64,000 nucleotides of DNA from the human T2T-CHM13v2.0 reference genome, Homo sapiens, in assembly GCF_009914755.1 (NCBI RefSeq), contig NC_060937.1. One strand, 5' to 3'. Made by a program: the position numbers and the translations under genes. Below are positions 38,001 through 52,100 of this stretch, one piece after another. The notes under the pieces were generated by a model. That model had not been told where the DNA came from, made no database searches, and saw only the letters and a list, made by a program, of their open reading frames with translations. Within the stretch, counting starts at the first letter, position 1. Every line of letters starts with the position of its first letter.

Positions 38001-41000
38001 TTCAAACCTGCTCTATGAAAGGGAATCTTCAACTCTATGAGTTGAATGCAGACATCAGAAAGAAATTTCTGAGAATGCTGCTGTCTACCTTTTATTTGAA
38101 TTCCCGCTTCCAACGAAATCCTCCAAGCTATCCAAATATCCACCTGCATTTTCCACAAAAAGAGCGTTTCAAAACTGCTCTATCAATAGAAATGTTCAAC
38201 TCCTTTGGCTGGGTACACACATCACAAACAAGTTTCTGAGAATGCTTCTGTCTAGTTTTTATGGGAAGACATTCCCTTTTTCACCAAAGGCATCAAAGCG
38301 CTCCAAATGTCCACTTCCAGACACTACAAAAAGAGTGTTTCCAACGTGCTCTAAGAAAGCGAATGTTCAACTCTGTGACTTGAATGCAGATATCACAAAG
38401 TAGTTTCTGAGAGGGCTTCTGTCTAGATTTTAGATGATGATATTCCCGTTTCCAACGAAATCATTAGAGCTATCCAAATATCCACTTACAGTTTCTACAA
38501 AAAGAGTGTTTCCAAACTGCTGCATCAAAAGAGAGGTTCCACTCTGTTAGCTGAGTACACACATCACAAACTTGTTTCTGAGAATCCTTCTGTGTCGTTT
38601 TTATGGGAAGATATTTACTTTTTCACCGTAGGCATCAAAGCGCTCCAAATGTCCACATCCAGATACTCCAGAAAGAGTGTTTCAAACCTGCTCTATGAAA
38701 GGGAATCTTCAACTCTATGAGTTGAATGCAGACATCAGAAAGAAATTTCTGAGAATGCTGCTGTCTACCTTTTATTTGAATTCCCGCTTCCAACGAAATC
38801 CTCCAAGCTATCCAAATATCCACTTGCAGATTCCACAAAAAGAGTATTTCAAAACTGCTCTCTATCAATGGCAAAGTTCAACTCTGTTAGTTGAGGACAC
38901 ATATCACCAACAAGTTTCTGAGAATGCTTCTGTCTATTTTTTATGGGAAGATATTTCCTTTTTCACCGTAGGCGTCAAGGCGATCGAAATGTCCACTTCC
39001 ACAAACTACAAAAAGAGTGTTTCAAACCTGCTCTATGAAAGGCCATGTTCATCTCTATGAGTCGAATGGAAATATCCGAAAGAAATTTCTGGGAATGCTG
39101 CTGTCTAGTTTTTATACGAATTCCCGCTTCCAACGAAATCCTCAAAGCAATCCAAATATCCACTTGCAGAATCCACAAAAAGAGTGTTTCAAAACTGCTC
39201 TATCAATAGAAAGGTTCAACTCTTTTAGTTGAGTACACACATCACAAACAAGTTTCTGAGAATGCTTCTGTCTGGCTTTTATTGGAAGACGTTTCCTTTT
39301 CACCAAAGGCATCAAAGCGCTCCAAATGTCCACTTCCAGATTCTTCCAAAAGAGTGTTTGAAACGTGCTCAAAGTAAGGGAATGTTCAACTCTGTGACTT
39401 GAATGCAGATATCACCAAGTAGTTTCTAATAGTGCTTCTGTCTAGATTTTAGATGATGATATTCCCGTTTCCAACGAAATCGTTAGAGCTATCCAAATAT
39501 CCACTTACAGTTTCTACAAAAAGAGTGTTTCCAAACTGCTGCATCAAAAGAAAGGTTCAACTCTGTTAGTTGAGGACACACGTCACAAAGAAGTTTGTGA
39601 GAATGCTTCTGTCTAGATTTTGTATGACCATATTCCCTTTTCCAGCGATATCATTAAAGCAATCTAAATATCCATTTGCAGAATCCACAAAAATAGAGTT
39701 TCAAAGCTGCTCTGTAAAAAGAAAGGTTCCACTCTGTTAGCTGAGTACACACATCACAAACTTGTTTCTGAGAATCCTTCTGTCTCGTTTTTATGGGAAG
39801 ATATTTACTTTTTCACCGTAGGCATCAAAGCGCTCCAAATGTCCACATCCAGATACTCCAGAAAGAGTGTTTCAAACCTGCTCTATGAAAGGGAATCTTC
39901 AACTCTATGAGTTGAATGCAGACATCAGAAAGAAATTTCTGAGAATGCTGCTGTCTACCTTTTATTTGAATTCCCGCTTCCAACGAAATCCTCCAAGCTA
40001 TCCAAATATCCACCTGCATTTTCCACAAAAAGAGCGTTTCAAAACTGCTCTATCAATAGAAATGTTCAACTCCTTTGGCTGGGTACACACATCACAAACA
40101 AGTTTCTGAGAATGCTTCTGTCTAGTTTTTATGGGAAGACATTCCCTTTTTCACCAAAGGCATCAAAGCGCTCCAAATGTCCACTTCCAGACACTACAAA
40201 AAGAGTGTTTCCAACGTGCTCTAAGAAAGCGAATGTTCAACTCTGTGACTTGAATGCAGATATCACAAAGTAGTTTCTGAGAGGGCTTCTGTCTAGATTT
40301 TAGATGATGATATTCCCGTTTCCAACGAAATCATTAGAGCTATCCAAATATCCACTTACAGTTTCTACAAAAAGAGTGTTTCCAAACTGCTGCATCAAAA
40401 GAGAGGTTCCACTCTGTTAGCTGAGTACACACATCACAAACTTGTTTCTCAGAATCCTTCTGTCTCGTTTTTCTGGGAAGATATTTACTTTTTCACCGTA
40501 GGCATCAAAGCGCTCCAAATGTCCACATCCAGATACTCCAGAAAGAGTGTTTCAAACCTGCTCTATGAAAGGGAATCTTCAACTCTATGAGTTGAATGCA
40601 GACATCAGAAAGAAATTTCTGAGAATGCTGCTGTCTACCTTTTATTTGAATTCCCGCTTCCAACGAAATCCTCCAAGCTATCCAAATATCCACTTGCAGA
40701 TTCCACAAAAAGAGTGTTTCAAAACTGCTCTCTATCAATGGCAAAGTTCAACTCTGTTAGTTGAGGACACATATCACCAACAAGTTTCTGAGAATGCTTC
40801 TGTCTATTTTTTATGGGAAGATATTTCCTTTTTCACCGTAGGCGTCAAGGCGATCGAAATGTCCACTTCCACAAACTACAAAAAGAGTGTTTCAAACCTG
40901 CTCTATGAAAGGCCATGTTCATCTCTATGAGTCGAATGGAAATATCCGAAAGAAATTTCTGGGAATGCTGCTGTCTAGTTTTTATACGAATTCCCGCTTC

Positions 41001-43170
41001 CAACGAAATCCTCAAAGCAATCCAAATATCCACTTGCAGAATCCACAAAAAGAGTGTTTCAAAACTGCTCTATCAATAGAAAGGTTCAACTCTTTTAGTT
41101 GAGTACACACATCACAAACAAGTTTCTGAGAATGCTTCTGTCTGGCTTTTATTGGAAGACGTTTCCTTTTCACCAAAGGCATCAAAGCGCTCCAAATGTC
41201 CACTTCCAGATTCTTCCAAAAGAGTGTTTGAAACGTGCTCAAAGTAAGGGAATGTTCAACTCTGTGACTTGAATGCAGATATCACCAAGTAGTTTCTAAT
41301 AGTGCTTCTGTCTAGATTTTAGATGATGATATTCCCGTTTCCAACGAAATCGTTAGAGCTATCCAAATATCCACTTACAGTTTCTACAAAAAGAGTGTTT
41401 CCAAACTGCTGCATCAAAAGAAAGGTTCAACTCTGTTAGTTGAGGACACACATCACAAAGAAGTTTGTGAGAATGCTTCTGTCTAGATTTTGTATGACCA
41501 TATTCCCTTTTCCAGCGATATCATTAAAGCAATCTAAATATCCATTTGCAGAATCCACAAAAATAGAGTTTCAAAGCTGCTCTGTAAAAAGAAAGGTTCC
41601 ACTCTGTTAGCTGAGTACACACATCACAAACTTGTTTCTCAGAATCCTTCTGTCTCGTTTTTATGGGAAGATATTTACTTTTTCACCGTAGGCATCAAAG
41701 CGCTCCAAATGTCCACATCCAGATACTCCAGAAAGAGTGTTTCAAACCTGCTCTATGAAAGGGAATCTTCAACTCTATGAGTTGAATGCAGACATCAGAA
41801 AGAAATTTCTGAGAATGCTGCTGTCTACCTTTTATTTGAATTCCCGCTTCCAACGAAATCCTCCAAGCTATCCAAATATCCACCTGCATTTTCCACAAAA
41901 AGAGCGTTTCAAAACTGCTCTATCAATAGAAATGTTCAACTCCTTTGGCTGGGTACACACATCACAAACAAGTTTCTGAGAATGCTTCTGTCTAGTTTTT
42001 ATGGGAAGACATTCCCTTTTTCACCAAAGGCATCAAAGCGCTCCAAATGTCCACTTCCAGACACTACAAAAAGAGTGTTTCCAACGTGCTCTAAGAAAGC
42101 GAATGTTCAACTCTGTGACTTGAATGCAGATATCACAAAGTAGTTTCTGAGAGGGCTTCTGTCTAGATTTTAGATGATGATATTCCCGTTTCCAACGAAA
42201 TCATTAGAGCTATCCAAATATCCACTTACAGTTTCTACAAAAAGAGTGTTTCCAAACTGCTGCATCAAAAGAGAGGTTCCACTCTGTTAGCTGAGTACAC
42301 ACATCACAAACTTGTTTCTCAGAATCCTTCTGTCTCGTTTTTCTGGGAAGATATTTACTTTTTCACCGTAGGCATCAAAGCGCTCCAAATGTCCACATCC
42401 AGATACTCCAGAAAGAGTGTTTCAAACCTGCTCTATGAAAGGGAATCTTCAACTCTATGAGTTGAATGCAGACATCAGAAAGAAATTTCTGAGAATGCTG
42501 CTGTCTACCTTTTATTTGAATTCCCGCTTCCAACGAAATCCTCCAAGCTATCCAAATATCCACTTGCAGATTCCACAAAAAGAGTGTTTCAAAACTGCTC
42601 TCTATCAATGGCAAAGTTCAACTCTGTTAGTTGAGGACACATATCACCAACAAGTTTCTGAGAATGCTTCTGTCTATTTTTTATGGGAAGATATTTCCTT
42701 TTTCACCGTAGGCGTCAAGGCGATCGAAATGTCCACTTCCACAAACTACAAAAAGAGTGTTTCAAACCTGCTCTATGAAAGGCCATGTTCATCTCTATGA
42801 GTCGAATGGAAATATCCGAAAGAAATTTCTGGGAATGCTGCTGTCTAGTTTTTATACGAATTCCCGCTTCCAACGAAATCCTCAAAGCAATCCAAATATC
42901 CACTTGCAGAATCCACAAAAAGAGTGTTTCAAAACTGCTCTATCAATAGAAAGGTTCAACTCTTTTAGTTGAGTACACACATCACAAACAAGTTTCTGAG
43001 AATGCTTCTGTCTGGCTTTTATTGGAAGACGTTTCCTTTTCACCAAAGGCATCAAAGCGCTCCAAATGTCCACTTCCAGATTCTTCCAAAAGAGTGTTTG
43101 AAACGTGCTCAAAGTAAGGGAATGTTCAACTCTGTGACTTGAATGCAGATATCACCAAGTAGTTTCTAAT
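20059..43170 (-). repeat. 7-mer-free block: 11B (20059), 11B (21927), 11A (23795), 15-mer (25665), 11A (28215), 11A (30085), 11B (31955), 11A (33823), 11B (35693), 11A (37561), 11A (39431), 11A (41301)
   Basis: Every unit contains at least one 678/680-bp block, and the unit lengths sum exactly to the interval. Confidence 0.93.
25665..28214 (-). repeat. 15-mer HOR (2550 bp = 7-mer plus two 680-bp 4-mer blocks)
   Basis: ORF anchors at 26059, 26739 and 27419 are spaced 680+680 bp apart. Confidence 0.95.
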
Positions 43171-46100
43171 AGTGCTTCTGTCTAGATTTTAGATGATGAT
43201 ATTCCCGTTTCCAACGAAATCGTTAGAGCTATCCAAATATCCACTTACAGTTGCTACAAAAACAGTGTTTCCAAACTGCTGCATCAAAAGAAAGGTTCAA
43301 CTCTGTTAGTTGAGGACACACGTCACAAAGAAGTTTGTGAGAATGCTTCTGTCTAGATTTTGTATGACGATATTCCCTTTTCCAACGATATCATTAAAGC
43401 AATCTAAATATCCATTTGCAGAATCCACAAAAATAGAGTTTCAAAGCTGCTCTGTAAAAAGAAAGGTTCCACTCTGTTAGCTGAGTACACACATCACAAA
43501 CTTGTTTCTCAGAATCCTTCTGTCTCGTTTTTATGGGAAGATATTTACTTTTTCACCGTAGGCATCAAAGCGCTCCAAATGTCCACATCCAGATACTCCA
43601 GAAAGAGTGTTTCAAACCTGCTCTATGAAAGGGAATCTTCAACTCTATGAGTTGAATGCAGACATCAGAAAGAAATTTCTGAGAATGCTGCTGTCTACCT
43701 TTTATTTGAATTCCCGCTTCCAACGAAATCCTCCAAGCTATCCAAATATCCACTTGCAGATTCCACAAAAAGAGTGTTTCAAAACTGCTCTCTATCAATG
43801 GCAAAGTTGAACTCTGTTAGTTGAGGACACATATCACCAACAAGTTTCTGAGAATGCTTCTGTCTATTTTTTATGGGAAGATATTTCCTTTTTCACCGTA
43901 GGCGTCAAGGCGATCGAAATGTCCACTTCCACAAACTACAAAAAGAGTGTTTCAAACCTGCTCTATGAAAGGCCATGTTCATCTCTATGAGTCGAATGGA
44001 AATATCCGAAAGAAATTTCTGGGAATGCTGCTGTCTAGTTTTTATACGAATTCCCGCTTCCAACGAAATCCTCAAAGCAATCCAAATATCCACTTGCAGA
44101 ATCCACAAAAAGAGTGTTTCAAAACTGCTCTATCAATAGAAAGGTTCAACTCTTTTAGTTGAGTACACACATCACAAACAAGTTTCTGAGAATGCTTCTG
44201 TCTGGCTTTTATTGGAAGACGTTTCCTTTTCACCAAAGGCATCAAAGCGCTCCAAATGTCCACTTCCAGATTCTTCCAAAAGAGTGTTTGAAACGTGCTC
44301 AAAGTAAGGGAATGTTCAACTCTGTGACTTGAATGCAGATATCACCAAGTAGTTTCTAATAGTGCTTCTGTCTAGATTTTAGATGATGATATTCCCGTTT
44401 CCAACGAAATCGTTAGAGCTATCCAAATATCCACTTACAGTTGCTACAAAAACAGTGTTTCCAAACTGCTGCATCAAAAGAAAGGTTCAACTCTGTTAGT
44501 TGAGGACACACGTCACAAAGAAGTTTGTGAGAATGCTTCTGTCTAGATTTTGTATGACGATATTCCCTTTTCCAACGATATCGTTAAAGCAATCTAAATA
44601 TCCATTTGCAGAATCCACAAAAATAGAGTTTCAAAGCTGCTCTGTAAAAAGAAAGGTTCCACTCTGTTAGCTGAGTACACACATCACAAACTTGTTTCTC
44701 AGAATCCTTCTGTCTCGTTTTTCTGGGAAGATATTTACTTTTTCACCGTAGGCATCAAAGCGCTCCAAATGTCCACATCCAGATACTCCAGAAAGAGTGT
44801 TTCAAACCTGCTCTATGAAAGGGAATCTTCAACTCTATGAGTTGAATGCAGACATCAGAAAGAAATTTCTGAGAATGCTGCTGTCTACCTTTTATTTGAA
44901 TTCCCGCTTCCAACGAAATCCTCCAAGCTATCCAAATATCCACTTGCAGATTCCACAAAAAGAGTGTTTCAAAACTGCTCTCTATCAATGGCAAAGTTCA
45001 ACTCTGTTAGTTGAGGACACATATCACCAACAAGTTTCTGAGAATGCTTCTGTCTATTTTTTATGGGAAGATATTTCCTTTTTCACCGTAGGCGTCAAGG
45101 CGATCGAAATGTCCACTTCCACAAACTACAAAAAGAGTGTTTCAAACCTGCTCTATGAAAGGCCATGTTCATCTCTATGAGTCGAATGGAAATATCCGAA
45201 AGAAATTTCTGGGAATGCTGCTGTCTAGTTTTTATACGAATTCCCGCTTCCAACGAAATCCTCAAAGCAATCCAAATATCCACTTGCAGAATCCACAAAA
45301 AGAGTGTTTCAAAACTGCTCTATCAATAGAAAGGTTCAACTCTTTTAGTTGAGTACACACATCACAAACAAGTTTCTGAGAATGCTTCTGTCTGGCTTTT
45401 ATTGGAAGACGTTTCCTTTTCACCAAAGGCATCAAAGCGCTCCAAATGTCCACTTCCAGATTCTTCCAAAAGAGTGTTTGAAACGTGCTCAAAGTAAGGG
45501 AATGTTCAACTCTGTGACTTGAATGCAGATATCACCAAGTAGTTTCTAATAGTGCTTCTGTCTAGATTTTAGATGATGATATTCCCGTTTCCAACGAAAT
45601 CGTTAGAGCTATCCAAATATCCACTTACAGTTTCTACAAAAAGAGTGTTTCCAAACTGCTGCATCAAAAGAAAGGTTCAACTCTGTTAGTTGAGGACACA
45701 CATCACAAAGAAGTTTGTGAGAATGCTTCTGTCTAGATTTTGTATGACCATATTCCCTTTTCCAGCGATATCATTAAAGCAATCTAAATATCCATTTGCA
45801 GAATCCACAAAAATAGAGTTTCAAAGCTGCTCTGTAAAAAGAAAGGTTCCACTCTGTTAGCTGAGTACACACATCACAAACTTGTTTCTCAGAATCCTTC
45901 TGTCTCGTTTTTCTGGGAAGATATTTACTTTTTCACCGTAGGCATCAAAGCGCTCCAAATGTCCACATCCAGATACTCCAGAAAGAGTGTTTCAAACCTG
46001 CTCTATGAAAGGGAATCTTCAACTCTATGAGTTGAATGCAGACATCAGAAAGAAATTTCTGAGAATGCTGCTGTCTACCTTTTATTTGAATTCCCGCTTC

Positions 46101-49100
46101 CAACGAAATCCTCCAAGCTATCCAAATATCCACCTGCATTTTCCACAAAAAGAGCGTTTCAAAACTGCTCTATCAATAGAAATGTTCAACTCCTTTGGCT
46201 GGGTACACACATCACAAACAAGTTTCTGAGAATGCTTCTGTCTAGTTTTTATGGGAAGACATTCCCTTTTTCACCAAAGGCATCAAAGCGCTCCAAATGT
46301 CCACTTCCAGACACTACAAAAAGAGTGTTTCCAACGTGCTCTAAGAAAGCGAATGTTCAACTCTGTGACTTGAATGCAGATATCACAAAGTAGTTTCTGA
46401 GAGGGCTTCTGTCTAGATTTTAGATGATGATATTCCCGTTTCCAACGAAATCATTAGAGCTATCCAAATATCCACTTACAGTTTCTACAAAAAGAGTGTT
46501 TCCAAACTGCTGCATCAAAAGAGAGGTTCCACTCTGTTAGCTGAGTACACACATCACAAACTTGTTTCTCAGAATCCTTCTGTCTCGTTTTTCTGGGAAG
46601 ATATTTACTTTTTCACCGTAGGCATCAAAGCGCTCCAAATGTCCACATCCAGATACTCCAGAAAGAGTGTTTCAAACCTGCTCTATGAAAGGGAATCTTC
46701 AACTCTATGAGTTGAATGCAGACATCAGAAAGAAATTTCTGAGAATGCTGCTGTCTACCTTTTATTTGAATTCCCGCTTCCAACGAAATCCTCCAAGCTA
46801 TCCAAATATCCACTTGCAGATTCCACAAAAAGAGTGTTTCAAAACTGCTCTCTATCAATGGCAAAGTTCAACTCTGTTAGTTGAGGACACATATCACCAA
46901 CAAGTTTCTGAGAATGCTTCTGTCTATTTTTTATGGGAAGATATTTCCTTTTTCACCGTAGGCGTCAAGGCGATCGAAATGTCCACTTCCACAAACTACA
47001 AAAAGAGTGTTTCAAACCTGCTCTATGAAAGGCCATGTTCATCTCTATGAGTCGAATGGAAATATCCGAAAGAAATTTCTGGGAATGCTGCTGTCTAGTT
47101 TTTATACGAATTCCCGCTTCCAACGAAATCCTCAAAGCAATCCAAATATCCACTTGCAGAATCCACAAAAAGAGTGTTTCAAAACTGCTCTATCAATAGA
47201 AAGGTTCAACTCTTTTAGTTGAGTACACACATCACAAACAAGTTTCTGAGAATGCTTCTGTCTGGCTTTTATTGGAAGACGTTTCCTTTTCACCAAAGGC
47301 ATCAAAGCGCTCCAAATGTCCACTTCCAGATTCTTCCAAAAGAGTGTTTGAAACGTGCTCAAAGTAAGGGAATGTTCAACTCTGTGACTTGAATGCAGAT
47401 ATCACCAAGTAGTTTCTAATAGTGCTTCTGTCTAGATTTTAGATGATGATATTCCCGTTTCCAACGAAATCGTTAGAGCTATCCAAATATCCACTTACAG
47501 TTGCTACAAAAACAGTGTTTCCAAACTGCTGCATCAAAAGAAAGGTTCAACTCTGTTAGTTGAGGACACACGTCACAAAGAAGTTTGTGAGAATGCTTCT
47601 GTCTAGATTTTGTATGACGATATTCCCTTTTCCAACGATATCATTAAAGCAATCTAAATATCCATTTGCAGAATCCACAAAAATAGAGTTTCAAAGCTGC
47701 TCTGTAAAAAGAAAGGTTCCACTCTGTTAGCTGAGTACACACATCACAAACTTGTTTCTCAGAATCCTTCTGTCTCGTTTTTATGGGAAGATATTTACTT
47801 TTTCACCGTAGGCATCAAAGCGCTCCAAATGTCCACATACAGATACTCCAGAAAGAGTGTTTCAAACCTGCTCTATGAAAGGGAATCTTCAACTCTATGA
47901 GTTGAATGCAGACATCAGAAAGAAATTTCTGAGAATGCTGCTGTCTACCTTTTATTTGAATTCCCGCTTCCAACGAAATCCTCCAAGCTATCCAAATATC
48001 CACTTGCAGATTCCACAAAAAGAGTGTTTCAAAACTGCTCTCTATCAATGGCAAAGTTCAACTCTGTTAGTTGAGGACACATATCACCAACAAGTTTCTG
48101 AGAATGCTTCTGTCTATTATTTATGGGAAGATATTTCCTTTTTCACCGTAGGCGTCAAGGCGATCGAAATGTCCACTTCCACAAACTACAAAAAGAGTGT
48201 TTCAAACCTCCTCTATGAAAGGCCATGTTCATCTCTATGAGTCGAATGGAAATATCCGAAAGAAATTTCTGGGAATGCTGCTGTCTAGTTTTTATACGAA
48301 TTCCCGCTTCCAACGAAATCCTCAAAGCAATCCAAATATCCACTTGCAGAATCCACAAAAAGAGTGTTTCAAAACTGCTCTATCAATAGAAAGGTTCAAC
48401 TCTTTTAGTTGAGTACACACATCACAAACAAGTTTCTGAGAATGCTTCTGTCTGGCTTTTATTGGAAGACGTTTCCTTTTCACCAAAGGCATCAAAGCGC
48501 TCCAAATGTCCACTTCCAGATTCTTCCAAAAGAGTGTTTGAAACGTGCTCAAAGTAAGGGAATGTTCAACTCTGTGACTTGAATGCAGATATCACCAAGT
48601 AGTTTCTAATAGTGCTTCTGTCTAGATTTTAGATGATGATATTCCCGTTTCCAACGAAATCGTTAGAGCTATCCAAATATCCACTTACAGTTGCTACAAA
48701 AACAGTGTTTCCAAACTGCTGCATCAAAAGAAAGGTTCAACTCTGTTAGTTGAGGACACACATCACAAAGAAGTTTGTGAGAATGCTTCTGTCTAGATTT
48801 TGTATGACCATATTCCCTTTTCCAGCGATATCATTAAAGCAATCTAAATATCCATTTGCAGAATCCACAAAAATAGAGTTTCAAAGCTGCTCTGTAAAAA
48901 GAAAGGTTCCACTCTGTTAGCTGAGTACACACATCACAAACTTGTTTCTGAGAATCCTTCTGTCTCGTTTTTATGGGAAGATATTTACTTTTTCACCGTA
49001 GGCATCAAAGCGCTCCAAATGTCCACATCCAGATACTCCAGAAAGAGTGTTTCAAACCTGCTCTATGAAAGGGAATCTTCAACTCTATGAGTTGAATGCA

Positions 49101-52100
49101 GACATCAGAAAGAAATTTCTGAGAATGCTGCTGTCTACCTTTTATTTGAACTCCCGCTTCCAACGAAATCCTCCAAGCTATCCAAATATCCACTTGCATT
49201 TTCCACAAAAAGAGTGCTTCAAAACTGCTCTATCAATAAATGTTCAACTCCTTTAGCTGGGTGCACACATCACAAACAAGTTTCTGAGAATGCTTCTGTC
49301 TAGTTTTTATGGGAAGACATTCCCTTTTTCACCAAAGGCATCAAAGCGCTCCAAATGTCCACTTCCAGACACTACAAAAAGAGTGTTTCCAACGTGCTCT
49401 AAGAAAGCGAATGTTCAACTCTGTGACTTGAATGCAGATATCACAAAGTAGTTTCTGAGAGGGCTTCTGTCTAGATTTTAGATGATGATATTCCCGTTTC
49501 CAACGAAATCATTAGAGCTATCCAAATATCCACTTACAGTTTCTACAAAAAGAGTGTTTCCAAACTGCTGCATCAAAAGAGAGGTTCCACTCTGTTAGCT
49601 GAGTACACACATCACAAACTTGTTTCTGAGAATCCTTCTGTCTCGTTTTTATGGGAAGATATTTACTTTTTCACCGTAGGCATCAAAGCGCTCCAAATGT
49701 CCACATCCAGATACTCCAGAAAGAGTGTTTCAAACCTGCTCTATGAAAGGGAATCTTCAACTCTATGAGTTGAATGCAGACATCAGAAAGAAATTTCTGA
49801 GAATGCTGCTGTCTATCTTTTATTTGAATTCCCGCTTCCAACGAAATCCTCCAAGCTATCCAAATATCCACTTGCAGATTCCACAAAAAGAGTGTTTCAA
49901 AACTGCTCTCTATCAATGGCAAAGTTCAACTCTGTTAGTTGAGGACACATATCACCAACAAGTTTCTGAGAATGCTTCTGTCTATTTTTTATGGGAAGAT
50001 ATTTCCTTTTTCACCGTAGGCGTCAAGGCGATCGAAATGTCCACTTCCACAAACTACAAAAAGTGTGTTTCAAACCTGCTCTATGAAAGGCCATGTTCAT
50101 CTCTATGAGTCGAATGGAAATATCCGAAAGAAATTTCTGGGAATGCTGCTGTCTAGTTTTTATACGAATTCCCGCTTCCAACGAAATCCTCAAAGCAATC
50201 CAAATATCCACTTGCAGAATCCACAAAAAGAGTGTTTCAAAACTGCTCTATCAATAGAAAGGTTCAACTCTTTTAGTTGAGTACACACATCACAAACAAG
50301 TTTCTGAGAATGCTTCTGTCTGGCTTTTATTGGAAGACGTTTCCTTTTCACCAAAGGCATCAAAGCGCTCCAAATGTCCACTTCCAGATTCTTCCAAAAG
50401 AGTGTTTGAAACGTGCTCAAAGTAAGGGAATGTTCAACTCTGTGACTTGAATGCAGATATCACCAAGTAGTTTCTAATAGTGCTTCTGTCTAGATTTTAG
50501 ATGATGATATTCCCGTTTCCAACGAAATCGTTAGAGCTATCCAAATATCCACTTACAGTTTCTACAAAAACAGTGTTTCCAAACTGCTGCATCAAAAGAA
50601 AGGTTCAACTCTGTTAGTTGAGGACACACATCACAAAGAAGTTTGTGAGAATGCTTCTGTCTAGATTTTGTATGACCATATTCCCTTTTCCAGCGATATC
50701 ATTAAAGCAATCTAAATATCCATTTGCAGAATCCACAAAAATAGAGTTTCAAAGCTGCTCTGTAAAAAGAAAGGTTCCACTCTGTTAGCTGAGTACACAC
50801 ATCACAAACTTGTTTCTGAGAATCCTTCTGTCTCGTTTTTATGGGAAGATATTTACTTTTTCACCGTAGGCATCAAAGCGCTCCAAATGTCCACATCCAG
50901 ATACTCCAGAAAGAGTGTTTCAAACCTGCTCTATGAAAGGGAATCTTCAACTCTATGAGTTGAATGCAGACATCAGAAAGAAATTTCTGAGAATGCTGCT
51001 GTCTACCTTTTATTTGAATTCCCGCTTCCAACGAAATCCTCCAAGCTATCCAAATATCCACCTGCATTTTCCACAAAAAGAGCGTTTCAAAACTGCTCTA
51101 TCAATAGAAATGTTCAACTCCTTTGGCTGGGTACACACATCACAAACAAGTTTCTGAGAATGCTTCTGTCTAGTTTTTATGGGAAGACATTCCCTTTTTC
51201 ACCAAAGGCATCAAAGCGCTCCAAATGTCCACTTCCAGACACTACAAAAAGAGTGTTTCCAACGTGCTCTAAGAAAGCGAATGTTCAACTCTGTGACTTG
51301 AATGCAGATATCACAAAGTAGTTTCTGAGAGGGCTTCTGTCTAGATTTTAGATGATGATATTCCCGTTTCCAACGAAATCATTAGAGCTATCCAAATATC
51401 CACTTACAGTTTCTACAAAAAGAGTGTTTCCAAACTGCTGCATCAAAAGAGAGGTTCCACTCTGTTAGCTGAGTACACACATCACAAACTTGTTTCTCAG
51501 AATCCTTCTGTCTCGTTTTTCTGGGAAGATATTTACTTTTTCACCGTAGGCATCAAAGCGCTCCAAATGTCCACATCCAGATACTCCAGAAAGAGTGTTT
51601 CAAACCTGCTCTATGAAAGGGAATCTTCAACTCTATGAGTTGAATGCAGACATCAGAAAGAAATTTCTGAGAATGCTGCTGTCTACCTTTTATTTGAATT
51701 CCCGCTTCCAACGAAATCCTCCAAGCTATCCAAATATCCACTTGCAGATTCCACAAAAAGAGTGTTTCAAAACTGCTCTCTATCAATGGCAAAGTTCAAC
51801 TCTGTTAGTTGAGGACACATATCACCAACAAGTTTCTGAGAATGCTTCTGTCTATTTTTTATGGGAAGATATTTCCTTTTTCACCGTAGGCGTCAAGGCG
51901 ATCGAAATGTCCACTTCCACAAACTACAAAAAGAGTGTTTCAAACCTGCTCTATGAAAGGCCATGTTCATCTCTATGAGTCGAATGGAAATATCCGAAAG
52001 AAATTTCTGGGAATGCTGCTGTCTAGTTTTTATACGAATTCCCGCTTCCAACGAAATCCTCAAAGCAATCCAAATATCCACTTGCAGAATCCACAAAAAG

